Assembly (NCBI RefSeq): GCF_009914755.1
Contig: NC_060930.1
Source: the human T2T-CHM13v2.0 reference genome, Homo sapiens
Direction: 5' to 3' (one strand)
DNA length: 64,000 nt
Shown: positions 55,502 through 64,000 of the stretch, one piece after another
How the letters are laid out: each line of letters starts with the position of its first letter
Position numbering within the stretch: the first letter of the stretch is position 1
Notes under the pieces: model-generated
The model's database searches: none
Told to the model about the DNA's origin: nothing
What the model saw: the letters and a program-made list of their open reading frames with translations, nothing else
Made by a program: the position numbers and the translations under genes

Positions 55502-57456
55502 TGAGACAGCTGCATTCTGAGGACAGTAATTATTGGGCACCTGCTGTGTGCCAGGCCTGATGCTGATGTTTTATCTGCACTTGCCCCATTTAGTCTTCAA
55601 GGTAGGTATCGCTCTCCCATTACACAGATAAGAAAGCTGAGGCCTAGAGATGAGTGTCCAAAGTCACCCAGAGAGCAAACAGAGAAGCTCGGGTTGGAAT
55701 TCAAGACTCCCATCCCTCAGAATCTGTGATCTTTCCTCAGGAGCAGGGTGTGCTCCTTGGCCGTTAATGTCACAAACACTGGGGGGGCTTTTTCTTAATG
55801 CAGCATCCTAAGACCCTCCCTAGAGCTAGAGAAGCAGAGTCTCTGGGTGGGATCCAAGAGTCTACCCCTGAATAAAATAGCTGCCTCTGGCCTTGGACCT
55901 CCTTTAACCTAACACAGCCCCTATTGCAGACAACTGGACCCTGAAGAAGGAGAAAGGAGATGGAGCCCAGTCAATCTGCACGCTTACCTCCAAGGGGATG
56001 GATGCAACACCACTTCTGTGCCCCCTTCATCCCCAGGATCCCTCGCTCTCTCCTGGTGCTTGGGCCCCAACAGGCAGAGTGGGACAAAGGAGGGCAAGGA
56101 AACATCTCCAATATGTTTTCCAAAGCACGGTGGGTGAGAGGAGCAAGAGGGTCAATGGGGCCTACCTCCTCTGTCCATTGAGGGATACAAGTGAAATGCG
56201 GAGGGACTGATACCCTGGACAGTACCCAGGGGCTCCATCAACTGGGGGCGGAAGACCAGTTCTGGGGGTGGGGGAGGTTCTTTCAGACTGGCCCTGCTGC
56301 CTGCAGCACGAGGAAGACCCTCTGTCCACTCCTACATCTCCCCCAAACCCCCATGGATGTGATTGGACAGCCGCCCCAGGCACTCTGTGCTGCGGGGGCA
56401 GCAGACGCTTGGTCCTCAGTGAGGAGTGGAGAGGGATCAGCATACATCACATCACACTTGGCACGGCCCCCATTGGTGGGCAGCATGCCACCGTGTTGGT
56501 GAGCTGTCTCCCTGCAGAGCCTTCACAGGCGGCAAGGGAGGGGCTTCCAGGGGAATCACTGCCTATCAGGAGTGGCACAGCCCCAGGAAGCCCCCCGGAC
56601 CATCCCTAGTTCCTGCCTTGCCTGGGCCCAACCAGAGCTGGGCTGAGGAAGGGAAAAGGGAGAAGGGCACTGGGGCTGGGAGATGAATTCCAGGCTGGGC
56701 CATGCTGGGGACCTCAGGCCACAACCAAGGGCTCGATCCCAGAGGGAGAGGCCTCCCACTAATCACATTCAGGTGACCGGAAGCTCTGAGGCTCTGGACC
56801 CTGCTTCCTGGAGATGTTAGGGAGGAGAGGGAGAGAGGAGTCCCTTGGCTCTGGGCCAGTCCACAGACTTCTCCCCAGAGGCCCAAGGGCTGTTGGGGGG
56901 GGATAGAAGACCCACTATCAACTCCCACGTCCACCCACACCCAAATAATGCCTCAGTCTACAAGAAGCCAGGTCCCATAGAGTTGAGGGAGCTCACAGTC
57001 TGAAGGAGGAGACACTTCCTGCTGTCTGGGATCTGCCAGTCTGAGGGCAGAGACGTAGCCACTCCCTTCCAGAACATCAACCTCCCAGTCTCCTCATTGT
57101 CTCCAAACAGGGCTAACACTCTTCTGTCATCCCTTTCATCCTGATCTCAGTCCTTCCAGACTCAAATCACTGCCCTCCTCATCCTCAGAGCCTTCCTGGA
57201 TGACCACACAGCTCCAATCCTCCACCCTGGCACTCTTAGAGCAGTTAATTTGGTGGTGGACAGATAATTCCTAATGGCATGCAAAGAACTCATATTTCCT
57301 AGGCACCACCTGTACCAGAGGCCTGGTGGCAGGACCTTGATCATGCAAACATGACATGATCCAGGCATGCAGGGAGCTTCCAGTTCAGGAACATTAGGAC
57401 GGACCAAGAAGATACAGTGAACTGTCAGTTAAACATCATCTTTTCCCAGACATTTC

Positions 57457-57489
57457 TGCGTGTGTGTGTGCGCGCGCGTGCGTGTGTGT
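57457..57489. repeat. Alternating purine-pyrimidine tract with a CG core
   Basis: TGCGTGTGTGTGTGCGCGCGCGTGCGTGTGTGT, 33 bp unbroken. Confidence 0.93.
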
Positions 57490-59193
57490 CCCCAGCTAGG
57501 CTGGGACTTTGTTAGAGCAAGACAGGAACTGAGCTTAAATATCAGGCCACACCCCCATCTAAACTAAGTCCCTAGGATATTCTCCCAGAGCCCCATGTAA
57601 TTTTCCCTCTTGGCACACATTACAGTTTGTAATTCTTTTTGGTGTGACTACTTGCTTTAAGACTCTCCTTTTCCAGGCTCTATAAGAGTAGCTGAGTCCA
57701 TGGCTTCACCCGTGTATCTTGAGCACCTGGCATATTTGATGACTGAATGAATGATTTGAATGAAAGCACCACATTCCTATTCATGCCCTTGCCCCTAGCA
57801 CACAACCTGTAGGTGCTCAGTGCTCAGATTTGGCAGGATGGCAAAGTAAAAAGAAGCCCATCTTGCCACAGCTAGGAATTCAAGGTCAATCCCAGAGCAA
57901 TCCCAAGGCAGTTCATCAAGGAAGACTTCCTGGTGGAGGAGGACATGGACTGGGGACTTTCAGCCTCACATCTGTTCTTCCAGTTCATCATCTGTTTCTG
58001 GCAGGAACTCCTGAGGACAGAGGTTACGTCTGGGTCTCAGGGCCATCCCCAGCACACCCCCATTCAAGCTGCGCATGACCTGCCCCACTGTCGACAGCCA
58101 GCTGTGACTCACAACTCCTGAGCCTTTCCTCTTGGCCAGAGATCGTGGAGTAGATATTACAGTAACATTACTAACCACAAGTAGAGGCGGTGACCGTACT
58201 TACGCTCAGAGCACCTCCCCCCACCCCTGAGACCAGAGCAATGACCTCACACTCATGTTCGGCAGCAAGCACGGACAGTCCTGCCCGGAGGCAGGGGGAT
58301 GGCCCACATGGCCCTGGTCTTCCAGAGAAGCCCAGCGTCTGGCCTCTTCCCCTCAGCGCTGGTCACATTCTCCCCACCTTCCCCTCCAAGCAGCCCACCT
58401 GGGGTAGGTGCTGAGTCCCCTGCTGCTGCCTCCCCCGGGTGAAAGCAGAGTAAACAGTCCCCCTCTCCCCCGCCTCCCTGGGGAGGGCTGGAGGAAAGAA
58501 AGGGAAGTGACAAAAGCTGCCCTATCCCTGTCCTTCCTCACTGCTGGGTCTAGGACACTTATTCTGGGGAAAGTGGCGTCTGAGGATGTGGCTGCAGTGG
58601 CCAGTTGCTGGCGCCAGCAGAAATCCCCAAGCCCGTCAGTAGACTCTGTTCAGACGCGTTCGCTGACCATGGCACTGAGTAAGTGCTGAGGAGACACCTG
58701 AGGACCCAGGTCACGCCCCTGCCTGCCCTCTCCTCCCAGACAGGCCCCTCCTAGGGCTCAGACCATTCCAGTTCCTCTTGTCAGACCCTGAGAAGGCCCA
58801 GGGCATCCACCCCTACAGGGAAGGCTCAACAGGAAAGAAAGAAACACACAGGAACTGGGCTCAGAGCCCAGCTGCGTGCTCTTGGGCAAGTTACTTAACC
58901 TCTTTAGGCCTCAATTTCTCAACTATAAAATGGGACTAAGACTAGCTGCCTGTTGAGCTGTTGTGAGATAAGTGAGTGCACTGGCCTGGATCTGCAGACG
59001 GTGGACAACAGCCAACGGCAGCCGGATGTGGCATTGTGCTGCTGCCTTTAGCAGCTCCAGGCAGTAACTACTGAGTATCAGGGAAGAACTGAGACCTCAG
59101 AGAAGGGAGAGAACCAGGATTGCTTGAGGCAGGGCGTTGGGAAGGCCCCACTTACCCTCTGGCAGTTGCAATCTAAAAGGAACAAAGAGGCTT

Positions 59194-59576
59194 TGTGGCA
59201 GATCCTGTCTCCTAATATCCATTCCTCGTTTATTTCCCAACTTTTAGCCAGACCCCCATGGAATAAAGACTAGACTACCTAGCTTCCCTTGCAGCTAGGT
59301 ATGGCTAGATGACTGAGTTCTGGCCAATGGAATATAAGTGTGACTTCTAGGAAGCTTCCTTGAAGGGAAGGGGCATGTCCTTCTTCAGGCTTTCTTCTTC
59401 CTTCCTGCTGGCTGGGGCTCCAGCAGCCATCTTGGGCAATGAGGTGACCCTGGAAATGGAAACCACACCTAGCAGGTCAGAAAGATAGAAGGAGTCTCTG
59501 ACCACATCCCAGAAATATTTTACATGAGCAAAAAATTCACTATTTATCTTGTGTAAACCAAAATTTAACTGATACA
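59194..59576 (+). mobile_element. MLT1J-like MaLR LTR
   Basis: TGTGGCAGA...CTTCCCTTGCAGCTAGG...GAGTTCTGGCCAATGG...CAGCCATCTTG...AACTGATACA. Confidence 0.8.
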
Positions 59577-59750
59577 AGCTTCTCCTCTGGTGAAATCATC
59601 TCGACTCATGTGTGGCTGGGCAGAGTAGGATGGATGAGGTGTCTAGAAGAGAAGAGTTACCAGGGGTGTGATGTCCCCATCCAGGAGCACTTCCTCCTAC
59701 TTGCCCTGTGAGGTCAGGAGGAACCCTGTTGGGAGGACTTGGCTCCAGGA

Positions 59751-59808
59751 GGATGGATGGATGGATGGATGGATGGATGGATGGATGGATGGATAGATAG
59801 ATGGATGG
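59751..59808 (+). repeat. (GGAT)n tetranucleotide microsatellite
   Basis: Read directly from the sequence. Confidence 0.95.
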
Positions 59809-62424
59809 AAAGGAGGGAAGAGCCCAGGTAAATGCATGAGATGAGGAGAAATACCTAGAAGGAGGAAATACCCTGGGAAAACACTTCAGATGACAGAGAG
59901 CCAGGCTAGGGGTGTGGGGATAGCAGAACAGGATGGCCTACCTGACTCACTGCCCAAGTCGGACTCTCAGTTTTCCCACCTGTGCTTTGGGAATGGGCCT
60001 TATCGCCTCACTCAGGGCCAGCGTGAAGTGATTCAAAAACCAAACCAAAACTAAACAGAGAATCAGTGTAGCATTAAATCCGTTGTCAGCCCAGACAAAA
60101 CCCTTCTCTGTGCCTGGGATTCCTATAAAGTAAGGATACCCGTGGACCCCACCTCACCTGGCTGTTGTGAGTATTCAGCGAAAGGGCTACTGTAATGTGC
60201 TCATCACAGTGTCTGGCACAAGGCAAGTGCTCAGTAAGCAGTCAGTGCTATTATTGCTGCTGTTGAAATCCTGCCCTGGGGTGTGAGGAACAAGAAGCTG
60301 CCACTTGATTGGTCTGTGGCATGAGTTAGGGAAAGAAACCTGGACTCCTCACTCCAGAATAATATCTCCAGCGCTTTGGGGACCTAAAGGACCAGGTAAT
60401 GCCTTGGGAGCACCACACCATAAACACACATCAGGATCCTGACGGCATAAGATGGAATGGGGGTAGTAGGGAGACCTGGCAGGGTGGGGGCAGCCAAGGC
60501 TTAAATTTTGGTACCACTGCCTGGGACCCCTGGAGGGACAGCTGTCAGGTCAGGCCCTGACCCCCAAGCTCTCCTCCTTGGCCAGGCCAGGTCCACATTT
60601 GGTCACAAGAAGCTGGCAAGAGGCCAGACAGGGCCGCAGATGCCATGGAGAGGGCAAACACAGGCCCGACGGAAAGGGGGAAAAAATCGGGCTTGTTCTG
60701 CCTGGGCAAGAGCAGGCTCAGGGGTGACATCAACGCCATGATAAGCAGTTAGATGAGTTAATGCCCAGGGATGCTTTTCCTGAAGTTCCCCAGAGAAAGT
60801 TGGGGGTTAAATGATGAGTGTGTTGGCAGATTTGTACCCTCAAAAAATTACGAGTGTGACCACTGTTAACAATGAGCAGGGACTTTAAGAGGAGAACTAA
60901 GGAGCTGTCATTTCTCTCTGGAGAAGTGAAGGAGAAGAAATGATCTTACATTAAAGTAAACACGATTCCGGATGACCTAAGGGAGAATTCTGACTGCCCA
61001 TGACATGAGCTCTCTGTGTGCAAGGAGCTGTGGACTGAGTCCAGAACTGAATAGGGCACACAGCTTCAGTGGCCTGTCCTGAAACCCCAGCACAGCCTCC
61101 AAGTTCTGGGCTTCTGTTCCCACCTGTGTTAAATCAGACAAGGTAACGATTATGGATAGGGATTTAGGAATCATACAGAGATCAGTTTGAAGGCACTTTG
61201 GACAAGTTACCTAACTTCTCTGTCCTTTGTTTCTTCCTCTGTTTGGAAGAAAAAAAAAAAACAGAACTGGGTGCAGAGGGTTGCTGGGAAGATTAATTCA
61301 GTGGATGCCAGCTTAGAGCCTGGCACCCAGGACGAGCTCCATAAATATTCTCCAGTGGGGCTATTTTTCTCCTGTCTGGGCAGGGATTGGACAGTATCTC
61401 TTGAGTTCTTTTCAAGTCTAGAATGCCTTGATTCCACAATCCTGTGACTCACTGATTCTGCTTCTGGGGTCTGAGGACTGGGATGAGTTGGTTGCACAGC
61501 TCTGCCCTGCAGGGCCCAGGCCCAGCACCTGGACATAGCCCAGCCTATAGTCTGCACCATTTTATTTCTACCAGTGGACTTTGCCTTGCCCATCATGTGC
61601 CCTCAGCCTCATGGGCAGCCTTGTGGCCACAGGTGGCCCTGCCAGCTGTCCCTGACCTCTGCTCTGCACCTTCACCTGGAGCAGGGCAGTGCAAGCCCCT
61701 CCGGCTAACTCCTTCCTCACACCTACGTTCCCCTGACAATGTCACATGCTGTGCAAGTTGGCAGGGCCAGAGGGGCCACAGATGCCAACAAAAACACCAT
61801 TCCTGTGGAGGGAGAAGAGCCCATGGGTGTTATTTTTAACCTGCTGATTAGAGGCCACAGCTCTGCCCCTGGGGGTCCTGGGACTAAGGGCTCTGAGGGG
61901 CATGTGAGTTGTCAGGCCTCACCTCAATGACTCCCAAGGGTATTGGGCTGCAGAAACCCCAGCCCTTCTACCACTTTGATGGAGAAGTGGGAAAGGGAGA
62001 CACAGATCAAGACATGCCCCATCTTGCCCACTGGTTTCAACTGGGGCTGAACCCAGCCAGGAAGAGCAAATGTGCCACGAATCACAGAACATTAAACCTA
62101 GAGATGGGTCCTCTCCAGTCCCTGCGTTATACAGATAAGGAAACTGAGACCTGAGGGAGGAGGCCCAAAGTCACACTGCTGGTCAACACTAGCTTCCTAC
62201 CCCCTTGCCCACCTGTTGTAGACCTGGAGTTTGACAAGGACATTTCTATAACTCTCCAAGGCCACATCCTGGGGGTCACCTTGCTCCACCCTCTGTCCAG
62301 GTGACCCATCTTGCCTCTGCCCTCTCCCCAGTCTGCCCTACCCCAATGGGCTGAGCTTCTGACAACCCCATGATGAGGGCTCCAGGCCCTGGCTCACCCT
62401 GCAAGGACTTCCTAAGTGCCCAAG

Positions 62425-62443
62425 CAGTGCCCCCTAGAGGCCA
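62425..62443 (-). promoter_or_regulatory. Strong CTCF motif TGGCCTCTAGGGGGCACTG
   Basis: Matches the core consensus CC(A/T)(C/G)(C/T)AG(G/A)(G/T)GGC(A/G)C at every position. Motif only. Confidence 0.7.
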
Positions 62444-63521
62444 GTGGCAGCACTGATCAGCACAGCGGGCAGCGCCATCATGGCTGGAGGCCCAGGCGAA
62501 GACGTGCAGGCCAGGGCGTGCCTGTGTGGGGGGAACAGGACCGAGCTTCTGCCAAGGGCCCGCTGCCGGCTGTTGCTGAGCTTGTGCTCGCCAGAGGGGT
62601 GGGGGCGGCAGGCAGACAATGGACCCCACGGCCCAGCCTCCTGGCCTTGGCCCCTTGAGCTGGGCAGGCAGCCGCTGGCCAAAGCAGCCGCCTCCATTGG
62701 TCCCTCACGTAGCCCACGTCCTGCCTGCTGGGTGGCCCTTATCACCGGGTACGTGCCAGAGTTCCACATGCCCACACTCCACAGTGGGGAGGGGACTGGG
62801 GGCCCAGGAGGAATGGGACCAGTGGGAAGTTAGGCTTCCTGTTTCCCTGCATCCCATTCCCAAGGAGGGGCTTGAGCAGGTCCTGAGTACCCCTTGATGA
62901 GTCTCTCGTTCTCAGAGAGATCTTAGCCGCATCTCGCCAAGTCCCAACTCTCAACAACTGTTCTCCCCTTGGAATGAAGGGGTTGGGTGGAAGAGAAGAA
63001 AGAAAGAGGCCAACAGCTTCATTTGAATGTTCTAGGTCACCAGTTCACAAATACCAACTGTTCCTCTTAACAAGCTTATACAAGAAGTAGTACTATACTA
63101 TGCTTATTACTGTCTGGGGAAACAGGCACAGAGAGGTTGAGTGACTTACCCACAACCATACAGCTGGTAGGGACAGAGTCAGGATTCAAATCCGAGCAGA
63201 CCGACTCCACAGCTAAACCACTCCTCAACAAAGCAGGGTCGTGACTGGCTGGTGCTCAGCCCTCTACCCCACAGAAATGATGGCTTTGGGGTCAGACAGA
63301 CATGGGCTCAGGCCTGGAAATGCATGCTCTAGGGCCAGTGAAGGCCCTCTCTGGGCCAATGTTTCCTTACCTGTGAAATGGGTGCAGTGATGCAGTGAGG
63401 AAGGTACAGCCACATGTGCCTCACTGGTGGAAGCTGCTGCACAAATCCTCCTCCCCTTCACCCAGCAGAGCTCAAAGCCTCCTTTGACTGAATAATTAGA
63501 ATGTCTTCTGCCTCGCCGCCT

Positions 63522-63862
63522 GAAGCCCACCATCCCAGCCTCCACTTCCTCTGTCCAAACCTACAGAGCGGCTCCATTCCCTGGCACTTGAGGTCTGCTG
63601 CAAGCCCCTAGCATGCCCGGCCAGGTAGCCCCGGCACGCTTGCTCAGCCCACGCACTGTTTAACCTTCCACAGGCACTGGGTTCTCCCTGTCTTCCCCCC
63701 GAGGAAGACCGTGAGTGCCCGCTGTGGGCCAGGGGAGGATGGGGCCGGATGAGCCCCTGCCTCCCTGGTATGTGCACACATGTACAGTCAGGCCTTATTC
63801 AAGGAGCTTGGACCCTGGGCCCAGTCTCAGTTGGCTACCAGAGCTGTGTGGCTCTGTACAGG
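63522..63862 (-). repeat. Inverted local duplication, copy 2
   Basis: See copy 1. Confidence 0.97.
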
Positions 63863-64000
63863 TCCTTTCACGTCACGGGGGCTGTTTCCTCATATGTCAA
63901 ATGGACATCTACATCCCGGCTGGTAAAGACACAGTGAAGCCACATCTGGGACACACCCCTCCCAGAAAACTTCCTCGTGATTTCTGCTAGCAGATTAGGA

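Noticed and set aside
55810-55827. 18-bp match AAGACCCTCCCTAGAGCT to the 19421/22640 duplication
   Set aside because: It does not extend on either side, and one such match in 64 kb is plausible by chance.

Overview
This is primate, almost certainly human, GC-rich genomic DNA that is essentially non-coding. The only recognisable gene segment is in the CpG island at the left end. It is a splice acceptor at 384/385 followed by a reading frame to a stop at 824 with a (GCG)7 poly-Ala tract. I recall this peptide as the C-terminus of the old C6orf223 model (now listed as LINC03040; 6p21.1, downstream of VEGFA). If that is right, the window lies inside the antisense lncRNA SCIRT, but this is recalled locus knowledge and is not visible in the sequence. 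The rest holds about 15 Alus, L1/L2/MIR relics, MER2, Tigger3b nested in MER21 nested in L1, MLT1 and LTR33-like LTRs, microsatellites and three larger tandem arrays. I found no new protein-coding system, and almost all listed ORFs are repeat or GC artefacts. The structures most worth following up are: (1) a ~190-bp, ~96% identical non-TE duplication that closely brackets a 157-nt minus-strand exon-like unit, with the second copy inserted into an old LTR; (2) a ~345-bp, ~92% identical inverted non-TE duplication 10.5 kb apart; (3) a 2.9-kb nearly G-free CA/TA array with ~750-bp higher-order structure that reads as a long UG/GAAUG tract on the minus strand; (4) an L2-like 39-bp minisatellite with a near-identical outlier 48 kb away; (5) a chimeric Alu and two tightly spaced inverted Alu pairs; (6) an exact ETS/AP-1 composite, a strong CTCF motif and HRE-like clusters. 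Repeat subfamily names and boundaries were assigned by eye and are approximate.
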